DNA from: Candidatus Latescibacterota bacterium
GTDB taxonomy: Bacteria > Latescibacterota > UBA2968 > UBA8231
DNA: 64,000 nucleotides
Direction: 5' to 3'
Assembly: GCA_965223905.1 (NCBI GenBank)
Contig: CBDCXV010000011.1
Location: 832,001-896,000, forward strand
This document shows, one piece after another, positions 22,392 through 32,742 of the stretch. The translations under genes were made by a program, and so were the position numbers. The notes beneath the pieces were generated by a model, which saw nothing but the letters and a program-made list of their open reading frames with translations, searched no databases and was not told the DNA's origin. The stretch's first letter is position 1. Each line of letters opens with the position of its first letter.

Positions 22392-24198
22392 ATGCCAGAG
22401 ACCGAATACCGGCACCGCACCGACAGCGTCGAGGTGAAGTTGCGCCTCCTGGCGGCGGCGCACTCCAAAGGCAACCTCGATGTCGCCATGTCGCTGGCCG
22501 AGTCGATCAAGGAGACACTGACCTTCGAACGCCAGCGGCACCTGTCCGGCCATGGCAGCGGCGAAGCGGTCCCCTCCCCGGCTTCGAGCTTCGGGCGGGT
22601 GGCCGGGCTGCCGGACCCGTGGGCGGACTGGGCGCGCGGATGGGCCTTCTACAAGGTGCTGGAGGTCGCCGAGAGCGCCGGCCTGGGAAGATCGAGGGAG
22701 CCCGTCGAGACCGCCGTCGAGTTCGCTGCCGACCAGGTAACCGATCTGCGCCGCGAGCTTCGCGTCGCCAGGATCGATGACGAAAGCGGGACCCTGCGCG
22801 AGGTGCCGAGCCAGGTTTGTCGGGAAGTGTTCGCCGGCGAGGTGCGAAGCTGCCGGCTGCTGCTCCAGGTCGATCTGCCCGCAAACGGCCGCGGCCGGTA
22901 CCTGATTCTGTATGGCAACCGCGACGCCGAGTTGCCGGAGTATCCTACCGATCTGTCGGTCAGCGGCGAGGAGTTCGGCCTGAACATCGCCAGCAACCAC
23001 TTCACCGCCCACCTTTCCGCCCAGAACGGCCAACTGCAACGGCTGCAGTTCAGACGTGGCTTCGGGATCGTGCCGTACGGCGCCCCCCTGGAGCTGTACA
23101 CCGGGGGAGAAGGGCACGGCGAGCCGCCGGGTATCGACTGGGGCCATGATTACATGGGTTCCGGCAACTACCAGAAGTTCCGCGTAACCGGATGGTCCCG
23201 CTGCCCGAACTACGAGGTGATTCGCGGCCCCTTGTGCGTGCAGGTGCGCCGCTGGGGATTTCCTCGATCTCCCCTGCACCCGGTGTTTACGCCGAGCCGG
23301 CTGCACATTGACCTGACCTACACCTTTTTCGCCGGGGCTCCCCTGGTTCCTTAAGGAAAGCCGCATGGATGCACTGGCGCGCTTCGAGACCAACGTGGTG
23401 CGCGACGACGAGTGGCTGTTCTACGGACTGCCGTTCAGCGACTCCGTCTGGATGGACCGCGAGGGGATTCTGCACGAAGGGGAAGTGCCGGCTTCCCACG
23501 AGAACGACCAATGGGGCGTCGGGTTCTTCCGCCGCGAAAGCCGCGACGCTTTCATGGCCCTGTGGCTGGAGCATCGTTCGGAAAACTGCGGCCCCCTGGA
23601 CCACAGCGGTCCTCCCAATCTCAGCTACTACGGCCGCGGCCAGATCTGGTGCCGGGCCCCCATCCACGGCAGGACTGAGCTGCAGGAGGGGTCGGCGCTC
23701 TTCCAGAAGAACGCATACTTCGCCTCGCACTACCCCGAGGAGAACGGCCGCGAAATGGTGCAGGACCTGCGCCGTCGTCTACTAAACCCGCTTTCGGTTT
23801 CGGAAGGAGAGCTGCCCGAGGTGAAGGCGACCGCCAACGGAAGGTTGGGGCGCCCGGGCGAGACCGGCCTGACCCTTGCCGGCGCCGCCGACCTCGCGCT
23901 CAAACGCTCGGTATGGGAGGCCCTGCGCCAAGTCGAAGACGATCAGCTGATGGCGATCGACAGCAACGTGGTCGACATGGGGTACATCTACGATCTGCGG
24001 GTCGACGACGGAGTGGTCAGGGTCCTGATGACGATGCCGCACCGCGGCCGCCCGAAGTACCAGTTCATCGGCAACCCGATCCGCGACCGCGTGCTCGGAG
24101 TGGACGGGGTACGCCAGTGCATCGTCGACTTTACCTGGGAGCCGGAGTGGACCGCGGCTCGCCTCACCCGGACTGGGGCGCGGGCACTCGGCCTGTAA
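22392..24198 (+). CDS. Hypothetical protein with C-terminal DUF59/MIP18 (FeS assembly) domain; split by one +1 frameshift near 23340
   Basis: Removing one base in GGGGCTCCCC joins TFFAG to PWFLKESRMDAL; C-terminus VWEALRQVED..NVVDMGYIYD..DFTWEPEWT is DUF59-like. Confidence 0.7.
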
Positions 24199-24229
24199 AA
24201 AAACCCCGCCGAGCCTGGCTCGACGGGGT
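24197..24229 (-). terminator. Intrinsic terminator for the 24255-24740 gene (possibly bidirectional)
   Basis: Minus strand ACCCCGTCGAGC-CAG-GCTCGGCGGGGT followed by a T run. Confidence 0.7.
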
Positions 24230-24254
24230 CGGTACTTCTGATGTGGCAGGCGCC

Positions 24255-24740
24255 CTACTCGGCGGCCGTCGCCTTGACCTCGGCCCAGCTCACGGCCTCG
24301 ACGGCGGTGGCCGCCTGCGGAGCGATCAAGCTGACGGTCGTCATCGGCGACGAAACCCATTCGCCGTGGACATCGACGTCGGCGGTTACGCCCCAGCCCG
24401 TGGGCTCGGCATCTCCCGTCCCCATGACCACGCGCTGAACCTCGCTGTGGAGCACGGCATCCACCGTGACCAGCGGCACGAAGGAAGGCCGTAGCTCGTC
24501 GAGCTCGACCACCTCTCCACTGGGATCGACCTGGTGGTCGACGAGAATCTCCCAGTAGATCGTGTAGCGCGTCACCTCTTCGACCGAATCCCACATGATC
24601 AGCATGAACTGTTCCTGCTGGTGTCCGTAGGGTTCGGCGACGACTTGGGAGGGCGCCGGAACGTCGGAACTCGGGCACTGCCCCCAGGCCGCGCCCGCGA
24701 AGGCGAGAACGACGCCTGCTATCAGCATCCGTTTCTCCAT
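24255..24740 (-). CDS. Secreted hypothetical protein with C-terminal TAVEAVSWAEVK tail
   Basis: AAGGAGG RBS; signal peptide MEKRMLIAGVVLAFAGAAWG; C-terminal motif. Confidence 0.75.
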   Translation of the reverse strand: MEKRMLIAGVVLAFAGAAWGQCPSSDVPAPSQVVAEPYGHQQEQFMLIMWDSVEEVTRYTIYWEILVDHQVDPSGEVVELDELRPSFVPLVTVDAVLHSEVQRVVMGTGDAEPTGWGVTADVDVHGEWVSSPMTTVSLIAPQAATAVEAVSWAEVKATAAE

Positions 24741-25057
24741 GAGATCACCTCCTTGAAAAGAGGATACCATCTGCCCCTAACTGTACCGTTGTTTTACACA
24801 ATATCCAAGGGATAAAATGTTCCCCTTGACACCGACTCCCCCGTGACAGGGCACGCCCCCATCCAAGATGAGGTTCGACGGCTACTGGCTCCCCGGAATT
24901 GCCGCCAAATGCAACCTCGGACGAGCCATTGCACCGCCTCTTTTCAGGCACGCAGGCGGGTGCTCAGGGGACGGCATCGCCTCATACCGGCAGAAAGGCT
25001 GCTCTCCCCCGCGCCTTTCTTTTGGATCGGCGTTCCCCGGTTCTATCTTAACCGCTC

Positions 25058-25966
25058 ATGAATCCCTCCTGCCTGGCCCATTGCCTGACCGATTCGGAGC
25101 GCACCCAGTTCGAGGAACAGGGCTACCTCGTCGTTCCCGACGCCCTGCCGCCCGACCGCACCGAGGCCCTCCGGCATGCCTGCGACCGCCTGATGACCGA
25201 GAAGCAGGGCACCTATGGATTCGGGCCGCACGATGCCTTCGACATTCCCGACATAATCGGCGAAGACCCCCTGTTCCTGGAACTGATCGACTGGGAGACC
25301 ACCTTCCCCAAGGTTTGGGGAATACTCGGCTGGAACATCTGCATCTACCACTCCGGCCTGTTGGTGACCCCCCCGGGCGACCCGGACCGGCTGCGGTCGG
25401 CCCCCACCGTGGCCTGGCACCAGGACAGCATGCGGGTGAACGACGAAATCGAGGCTACGCCGCGCCCGCGGCTTTCCATCAAGATCTTCTTCTTCGTCAG
25501 CGACATGTCCGAAACCGGCCGCGGCAACACGCTTATCGTCCCGGGATCGCACCTGCACGACGAAATCGACGTCCCCGAAGACGGCCGCTCCAGCCCGGAG
25601 GGGGCGATTCCCCTGTGCGTGCCGCCCGGCACCTCCGTCATCATCGACCGCCGCATCTGGCACAGCCGCAGCGTCAACAGCTGGCACGATACGCGCAAGA
25701 TGCTGATGATGGGCTACAGCTACCGCTGGCTGCTGCCGAAGGACCACATGACCGTCGAGCACCTCTACCCCGGCCTCGACCCGATCCGGCGGCAGCTGCT
25801 CCGCGACAACCCGAGCAACAACAGCACGTACGCGCCCGAAAAGGGCGAAGCCCCGCTGCGGGAATGGCTCGAGGAGCACCACCCCGCCGACGCCGCATGG
25901 ACAACGGGAAATCGGCGCCGGCAGTCCTACCTCCCGGCCATGCCCGGGGTCAAGGCGGCCCGGTGA
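25058..25966 (+). CDS. PhyH family dioxygenase
   Basis: FEEQGYLVV, WHQD, IVPGSH, IWHSRSVN, RKMLMMGY. Confidence 0.92.
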   Translation: MNPSCLAHCLTDSERTQFEEQGYLVVPDALPPDRTEALRHACDRLMTEKQGTYGFGPHDAFDIPDIIGEDPLFLELIDWETTFPKVWGILGWNICIYHSGLLVTPPGDPDRLRSAPTVAWHQDSMRVNDEIEATPRPRLSIKIFFFVSDMSETGRGNTLIVPGSHLHDEIDVPEDGRSSPEGAIPLCVPPGTSVIIDRRIWHSRSVNSWHDTRKMLMMGYSYRWLLPKDHMTVEHLYPGLDPIRRQLLRDNPSNNSTYAPEKGEAPLREWLEEHHPADAAWTTGNRRRQSYLPAMPGVKAAR

Positions 25967-26015
25967 TCCACCGGCGGGCAATCCCGGCACTGCCTCGACA
26001 AATCGAAAGATGGAA

Positions 26016-27762
26016 ATGGCAACGGAAAACGGTTGGACCAGAGTAGCGGCTTTTAAAGAGCTATAACCGGGAGGCGCCAAGGCCGTCCGGGTCGGCCAAG
26101 GGCGCAGCCTCGCCCTGTTCAACGTCGAGGGCCGCATTTACGCCACCGACAACCAGTGTCCCCACATGGGCTACCCCCTCACCAGGGGGATCGCCCGCGG
26201 AGGCGTCCTCACCTGCGACTGGCACGGGTACAGCTACGACATGGCGGGCGGTGGCTGCTTTACGGGGGGCTGCGACGATCTCGACACCTTCCCGGTGCAG
26301 GTGCGGGACGGGGCTGTCTTCGTCGACGTGGCCAGCGGCGGCTCGAAGCGCCCCGACGCCCACTTCCTGCTGCTGCAGGAGGGTCTCAACAACGGCGACA
26401 GCTGGACGCTGTCGAAGGCGATCGCCATCCTGCTGGCCAAGGGTGTGTCTGAGCGGGAAACCCTGGAGCTGATCGTGCGCCACATGGGCCGGCACATCAC
26501 CACCCACCGGCACGAGAACGGGGGCCACGACGTCGCCCAGTTCGTCAACGGGTTGAACGTGGCGCGGCGCTACGAGCCGAAGGACCGCCTGATCCCGCTG
26601 ATGATGGCAGCCTCGGCCGCCGCGGGAACGGCCGGGGACCGCCCTCAGGTGGAACCTCTGCCGCCGCCGGTCGACTGGCCGAAGCTCGCCGGATGGGTTC
26701 GCTTCTTCGCTTCCGACAAGATGCCTGAGGGGATCGAGAAGTGCCTGATAACCGCGCGCCGCCTGCAGGGTCACGACGGCGCCATCGTTCCCCTGCTGCT
26801 GGAGTGCGCGGTGCTGCCCCACTTCCTGGGGCAACAGGACAACCTGAGGAACCTCACCCATCTCGCCGAGCTGCTCGACGAGTTCGGATGGGATCTGAGC
26901 GAGGAGCTGGTCTGCAACCTCGCCGGAAAGATGCTCGGCCGCGGCCGGCCCGTTCCGATGGACGTGCTGCGCGAGGCCATGGATCTGTTCACCGCCGCCG
27001 ATGCAGTGATCGAAGAGGCATCGAAGCAGGGCGGGGGCGGGGATTTCGACGAGAACGCATTTTCCGATGCCCTGGTGAGCGGGGATATCGCCACGACCTT
27101 CGGGGCCGTTTCCGAGGTCTTGAGACAGGGGGCCTCGATAGACCGGATCGCCACGACCATGGTGCTGCTGGCGGCCGACCGCATGGCGCGCACGCCGGTC
27201 GGCATGAGCCCTGGCTGGCACGACCTGGCATGGGAAATGGCTCTGGGTTCGAGCCTCAGGTCAATTGAGAAACAGGCCGGTTTCGCCATTGCCGCGCGCG
27301 CCTGCTATCACGCGGCCTGGCGCTTCTTCGACAACCGCTGGCTCAACATCGACCAGGAAACTACCGGAGCTCCCCGGCCGCGATTCCGAACCGGAACCGT
27401 CGGAGAGCGCCGCATGCGATGGGGCGCTGCAGGCCATCCTCGAGGCGGTCGAGTCGATCCGGATCCGCGACATCGGGCGCATGACCCGCGACTACCTCAA
27501 CAGCGGTCACTCCGGGAACCGGCTGCTGTCCGAGCTCGGCCTGACCATTCTCAAGGACGACAACGGCTGGTCGCTGCTGCACACGCTGCGCACCGTGTTC
27601 GACGAGTGGGAGCACTGCGCAGGGCATCCGGCCCGGGGCCAGCTTCTGGTCGGCCTGGCCCGCTGGGCGACAGACGCCCGCCGCAGCATCGGCTCCCAGT
27701 CGGCCGCGCAGACGGCGCAGCGTTTTGCCCGCGGGGAGACCGCGGTCGAGCTGTACGATTAA
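26016..27762 (+). pseudogene. Rieske [2Fe-2S] + alpha-helical domain protein; in-frame TAA at 26064-26066 and a frameshift near 27360
   Basis: MATENGWTRVAAFKEL*PGGAKAV..DNQCPHMGYPL..TCDWHG (CxH/CxxH); C-terminus continues in frame 27265-27762. Confidence 0.78.
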
Positions 27763-27852
27763 CACAGCCGGCGGCGTCCGCTGCGCAGACTCCCTGCCCT
27801 GCTCAAGAATCCAGCCGAATACACCCTCGCACCGGAGGATTCATCGCCTCCA

Positions 27853-27975
27853 TGGGACGGCCACGGACGGAAAACAGGCGGACTCCTGCCCCCGGGCCTT
27901 TACCTGCTGCGCCTTACCGTGAAGGCGGACTCCGGAACCGATACCGCGGTAGCCTCCTTTCCGCTGATCTACTGA
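27853..27975 (+). pseudogene. Orphan C-terminal fragment of a FlgD-Ig-type secreted protein
   Basis: Reads WDGHGRKTGGLLPPGLYLLRLTVKADSGTDTAVASFPLIY*; no upstream gene body. Confidence 0.6.
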
Positions 27976-28064
27976 ACCGCGCGAGCGCCCCGCTCATTGT
28001 TGCGATCCGGTTACGAATCGCCGGGGCACTACGTCCTTTGCGGTACCCCGCACAGTCCCCTTGG

Positions 28065-28103
28065 CGACACGCAATCGTCCCAATTCCGTAACTCTCCCTC
28101 CAT
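28065..28103 (+). promoter_or_regulatory. Degenerate Pho-box-like 11-bp direct repeats upstream of the TonB receptor remnant
   Basis: CGACAC/CGTCCC/CGTAAC/CTCCAT starting at 28065, 28076, 28087, 28098. Confidence 0.35.
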
Positions 28104-28167
28104 CGCTGCCGCTTACCATTCTGAAGCTGTGGGATCCACTTCATCCCCTGGGAGAAATCACCTCGTC

Positions 28168-29431
28168 ATGCGACAGAATCAGAGATCGATCCGGATATTC
28201 GGCGCCCTGCTTGTAGACGCCCTGCTTCCCATCGCCGGGCCCTCCGAAATGCGCGCACAAACCGGTATTGTAGCCGGCGACGACGTCGACGGCGAAACGG
28301 GAGACCCGCTCGTCGGTGCGTACGTCTTCCTCAAGGAGACCGGGTTCGGCAGGTGACCGGAATCGAGGGGGACTTCAGGATCCCCTACGTCCCGGCCGGC
28401 ACCCACGAGGTCGAAAGCTCGACGATCGGCTACAACACCGTGACCGTAACCGAGGCCGTGGTCGCAGTCGGCGAGGTTCTGCGCCTCGATCTCGTCCTGA
28501 CCTCGGAGGCGAATCGCCGTCGACGAGGTGGTCGTCGAGGTCCGCCCTGCGCAACACCGAAGCATCCCTGCTCAAGGAGCGTCAGAAAGCCCCGGCGGTG
28601 AGCGATGCGATCAGCTCCGAGGACATCTCCCGCGCCGGCAGCGGCGCCGCCGCCGAAGCCATGTCCCACGTTACCGGGGCACCGGTGATGGAAGGGAAGT
28701 ATGTCTACATCCGCGGGCTCGGCGATCGCTACAGTACCGTGCAGCTGAACGGCGCCGAACTCCCCAGCGCCGACCCCAACCGCCGCGCCGTGCCGATGGA
28801 CCTGTTCCCCTCCAGCATGCTGGAGAACATCGTCACCGTCAAAAGCTTCACTCCCGACAAGCCGGGCAACTTCACCGGCGGCGCCGTCAACATCGGCACC
28901 CGCTCTTTCCCCGACGCCTTCACTCTGTCGATCTCCGCGTCGACGACCTTCAATACCCAGAGCAGCTTCGAGAGCGGTTTTCTCACCTATGACGGCGGCA
29001 GCTACGACTGGCTCGGCATGGACGACGGAACCCCCGACCTGCCGGATCAGCTTGTCGATGAAGGGATCGAAATCCCCGACATCGGCGAGGCCTTCGGAGA
29101 CCTTCAAATCGCCGAAGAGCTCGACCAGCGCTTTCCGAGTCGTTCTCGCCGACCATGGCGCCCGAGACGCTGCGCGCCCAGCTCAGCAACAGCAACTCGT
29201 TTGCCGTCCGCAACCAGGTCACCCTGCTCGGGAAGCCCCTCGGATTCCTGGGAAGCATCAGCTACAACCGCAAGCTGGCGCACTACGATGGCGGCAAGTC
29301 CGGCCGCTGGCAGTTGACCGGCAGCGTCGAGAGCGTCGAAGGGCTGACCAACAACTTCCTGCTGACGACACGCGCAGCGCCGAAGAGGTGCTCTGGGGCA
29401 GCCTGCTCAGCGCCACCTACCGGTTCCGCCC
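28168..29431 (+). pseudogene. TonB-dependent receptor, N-terminal half only, multiply frameshifted
   Basis: Signal peptide, GETGDPLVGA (carboxypeptidase-regulatory-like), plug VYIRGLGDRY..LDL-like PMDLFPS..KSFTPDKPGNFTGG; most of the barrel missing. Confidence 0.82.
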
Positions 29432-30044
29432 CTCTGGTGGGGCTTCGGCTTCGGGTAACACCCTGGAAGCGATCGCCCCGGACGACTGGACTCGGGAACA
29501 TCTGGTGGCAAACGGCAACGAAGTCGTCGACCCCCAGCTGACCGGAATCTCCCGCACCAACGACGGCGGCCTCGACCCCCGCCCGATGTCCGGCAGCCCT
29601 GCCCTGTCAGGCGCCGGGGTGCCTCCGGATGACGGTTTCTTCCAGGCAGTCGGCTATCGCGGGGCCTTCGATGCCGACAATCTCTGGGTGGCCGGCTGGA
29701 CCTTTCTCGACGACCTCGGAATCCTCGTTCAGGGCGTAGCCACTGTCGTCGCTTCCGAGAGCGCCCTCACCGATGTGCCGTCCGATTTCTCCCTGGTTCA
29801 GAACTATCCCAATCCCTGGAACCCGTCCACTACCATCAGCTACTCGCTCCCGCAGCCAGGAGAGGTCCGGATCAATCTCTACAACGCCCTCGGCCAGCAC
29901 ATCGGCACCCTGGTCAGCGGCTTTCGCCAGGCGGGAACCTACCGGGTCGAGCTCAGTGGCGACGGCCGCTCCAGCGGCACCTATTTCTACCGTCTGCAGT
30001 CTCCTGCCGGTATCGAGACCCGCAGCATGACACTGTTGAAGTAA
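29432..30044 (+). pseudogene. C-terminal fragment of a secreted protein with a T9SS type-A-like CTD
   Basis: DPRPMSGSPAL..GFFQAVGYRGAF..WVAGWT then QNYPNPWNPSTTISY..SGTYFYRL..MTLLK; no start of its own. Confidence 0.75.
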
Positions 30045-30105
30045 TCACGGTTCACGATTCCTCTCCTCCCCCTGAGGGTCCTCCCCTCAAGGAGGAATCG
30101 GGTAC

Positions 30106-30143
30106 GGCCGGTCCCGGGCTTCACTCCGGGGTCGGCCTCTTTC
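30106..30143 (+). terminator. Probable intrinsic terminator after the CTD gene
   Basis: GGCCGGTCCCGG..CCGGGGTCGGCC stem followed by TCTTT. Confidence 0.45.
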
Positions 30144-30248
30144 ATGTACGGGGGCGCTACTTGCAATCGTTGACCGCGAGTCCCAGGTACGGGTATCGGT
30201 CACGCCGATATCTTGACACCTGTGCGCCATGGCCCCAACCTGATCGCC

Positions 30249-30770
30249 ATGGAAAAATTGGTGCCGATGAAGCTCGGGGCGGTCCTCGCCTTGCTCGCCC
30301 TCTGCTACGGCTTCGGATTGGGAGGTGTGTTCGGGGCCTTCGAAGAGGACATCAAGGCCCATCTCAAGGCCGAAGGGGAAGCGGTTCTTTCCCAAGCCTA
30401 CGGGGGCGACACCACAAAGATGCAGAAAGTCGCCGACAAGTCCTGGGTCTACTTCAAGCGCGCCCACCTGCACGCCAACGGCCTGGGAACGGCCGCGCTC
30501 GCACTCATTCTCCTGCTCGCATACCTACCGGCCTCCTCCTCGACAAAAAGGCTGGCCGCCCTAGCCCTTGGCGCAGGGGCCGTCCTGTATCCGCTGTTCT
30601 GGATGTGGGCCGGGCTGAGAGCCCCCGGGATGGGCGGCACCGGCGCCGCCAAGGCTTCACTGCAATGGCTGGCGGTGCCCTCGGCGGGCCTGTGCATCCT
30701 CGGTCTGCTGTGGGTGCTGGCCGTCGCCCTGAAGGGCTTTTTCGCATCGCCGCAAGCCGCCGGCGACTGA
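30249..30770 (+). CDS. Conserved-looking 4-TM membrane protein
   Basis: Four hydrophobic segments; WVYFKRAHLHANGLG histidine motif. Confidence 0.7.
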   Translation: MEKLVPMKLGAVLALLALCYGFGLGGVFGAFEEDIKAHLKAEGEAVLSQAYGGDTTKMQKVADKSWVYFKRAHLHANGLGTAALALILLLAYLPASSSTKRLAALALGAGAVLYPLFWMWAGLRAPGMGGTGAAKASLQWLAVPSAGLCILGLLWVLAVALKGFFASPQAAGD

Positions 30771-30852
30771 CTCAGGAGAAGATGATCGCCGCGTCCGCGA
30801 TGGAGATCGCGCAATCTTCGAACTCCGTGCCTGATCCGGAAGCCAGGCAAGC

Positions 30853-31644
30853 CTAACTTCCCGGATGGACCGTTCGTTCCCGGCGGGGATCGGCTGCCAC
30901 CTCCGAGTAGAACAGGCGCTGGGCGGGCGTCATCCGTTCAAGCGCTTCCCTGGGAGGCCAGAAAGCTCGCCACTTCATCCCTGCGTGGTTGTACTTGTAG
31001 AACAGATTCACGCGATCGCGGTCGCTGTTCCAGGGAGAAGCACCGTGGGCCAGCGCCTCGGTGAAAATGACGACCGAACCGGCCTTGCACCGCACGTACC
31101 GCAGCGCCGGGTTGTCGATCCTGCCATCCTTGAAACGGCACATGTCATCCGGAGTGGGAAAGTGCGAGTTGTGGCTGCCGGGAACGCAGATGAATCCGCC
31201 TTCCTCCTCGCTTGCGTCGGTCAGGTTGAAGGCCACGACAGTGTGGCCGGCGAAGATCTGCCCGTTGAAATGGCGATACATGAAATTGGGGTCCACGCCA
31301 CCGCCACCTCCGTGCAGATCCAGGCCACCGAACCCTTTGCGGCGAATCAGTGCATAGGTGACTTCCAGCCGCAACTGCGGACTGATGATTTCGTTGAGGA
31401 TGTCGATGACAGGGGCGAGGTCGATCAGGTCTGCAAAGATCGAGCCTATGCTGGTCAGATCTCCGACCCCGGTCTCGCCGGGCTCCGGTTCATAGTGGTT
31501 GACCCCCCTGGGCAGCTTGTCGCGGGGAGTGTCAATGACCTCGTGGAGGGCGTCGATCAACCGTTTGCAGTGGTCGCGTGAGAGCACGTCCTCGACTACG
31601 AGATAGCCGGCGACATCGAAAAGGTACCTCTGCTCCTCGGTCAT
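30853..31644 (-). CDS. PhyH family Fe/2OG enzyme with non-canonical LHGG (HxG) motif
   Basis: QRYLFDVAGYLVV, LDLHGGG, GGFICVPGSH, EALAHGASPW, RVNLFYKY. Confidence 0.88.
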   Translation of the reverse strand: MTEEQRYLFDVAGYLVVEDVLSRDHCKRLIDALHEVIDTPRDKLPRGVNHYEPEPGETGVGDLTSIGSIFADLIDLAPVIDILNEIISPQLRLEVTYALIRRKGFGGLDLHGGGGGVDPNFMYRHFNGQIFAGHTVVAFNLTDASEEEGGFICVPGSHNSHFPTPDDMCRFKDGRIDNPALRYVRCKAGSVVIFTEALAHGASPWNSDRDRVNLFYKYNHAGMKWRAFWPPREALERMTPAQRLFYSEVAADPRRERTVHPGS

Positions 31645-31650
31645 GAATCA

Positions 31651-32742
31651 TCACCTACCGTTCCGAGTGGGGCCGGGTATTGCGTGCCTTCGGGCCCCGA
31701 GGACCTCGCGGACGACCTGCGCCACCGCCTCGATATCGCCGTCGTCGACCCCGTGATGAGTTATGAACTTGACGGCGCCGTTATCGAGCACGCTCACCCC
31801 GACTCCTCGAGCGGACACACGCTCGGTGAACTCCTCCGGCGTCATGCAGCCGATCTCCACGCGCACGATGTTGGTCTGAACCGTCTCCATATCCACGCCA
31901 ATGCCGTCCATGGAGGACAGCAGCCCGGCAAGACGCCGGGCCCGCGTGTGATCCTCCGCGAGTCTGGGGATCATGGTCTCGAGGGCGACGATGGCGGCGG
32001 CAGCGAACATGCCCTCTTTGTGGATGGAGTGTGAGCCGAGAATGCGGTGATTCTCCCGCGCTTTCTCGATGAACTCGGCCGTGCCGCACAACAGAGAGCC
32101 GTAGGGTGCTCCGATTCCCTTGTTGAGGCTCAGACTCAGCGCATCCACGGGAGCGGCCAGGTCGCGCAGAGAAACGCCGAGTGCTACGGCGGCGTTGAAG
32201 AAACGAGCCCCGTCGACGAACACGGCAGCATCGTGGTCGTGAGCAACCTGCGAGACCCGGGTCATGTAGTCCAGGGACAGGGCCGTGCCGCCCGCCACAT
32301 TGTGCGTGTTTTCGAGACAGACGACAGCCGTGCGGGGATGAAAGCCGTAGGCAGAATCGCCGAGAGCAACCTCAATGTCGTCGATGGTCATTTCCCCGAG
32401 CTTGTTTCCGCGGATGAGCCTGGGAACCGCGGCGGCGAGGGCGGCGATATTGCGTTCTTCCACCCACCAGAGATGGCACCGTTCCTCCATGATGGCCACG
32501 TCGCCCCGGCGGCAGTACCCCATCATGCCGAGCAGGTTGGACACGTTCGTCGTCGGGCACAGAAGGGCCGCCTGTTTTCCCGTCATCGCCGCACCCATCT
32601 CCTGCAGCTGGTTCACATACGGGTCCTCTCCCCAGGCGGGCCAGCCGAATTCGGCGGCCCGCATCGCCTCCCACATCGCTTCGGTGGGCGGCAGCAGGAA
32701 TTCACCCCGAGTGTCGATTTCCGGTTTTCTGCGATCTGTCAC
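31651..32742 (-). CDS. Low-specificity threonine aldolase family (PLP) protein
   Basis: AAGGAGG RBS + GTG; EDPYVNQL, CLENTHN, DGARFFNAAVA, LNKGIGAP (PLP Lys), QTNIV. Confidence 0.88.
   Translation of the reverse strand: MTDRRKPEIDTRGEFLLPPTEAMWEAMRAAEFGWPAWGEDPYVNQLQEMGAAMTGKQAALLCPTTNVSNLLGMMGYCRRGDVAIMEERCHLWWVEERNIAALAAAVPRLIRGNKLGEMTIDDIEVALGDSAYGFHPRTAVVCLENTHNVAGGTALSLDYMTRVSQVAHDHDAAVFVDGARFFNAAVALGVSLRDLAAPVDALSLSLNKGIGAPYGSLLCGTAEFIEKARENHRILGSHSIHKEGMFAAAAIVALETMIPRLAEDHTRARRLAGLLSSMDGIGVDMETVQTNIVRVEIGCMTPEEFTERVSARGVGVSVLDNGAVKFITHHGVDDGDIEAVAQVVREVLGARRHAIPGPTRNGR

Noticed and set aside
26064-26066. Stop-codon readthrough or recoding in the Rieske gene
   Set aside because: TAA is used as a normal stop elsewhere (e.g. 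24198, 30044, 36702), and the gene also has a frameshift.
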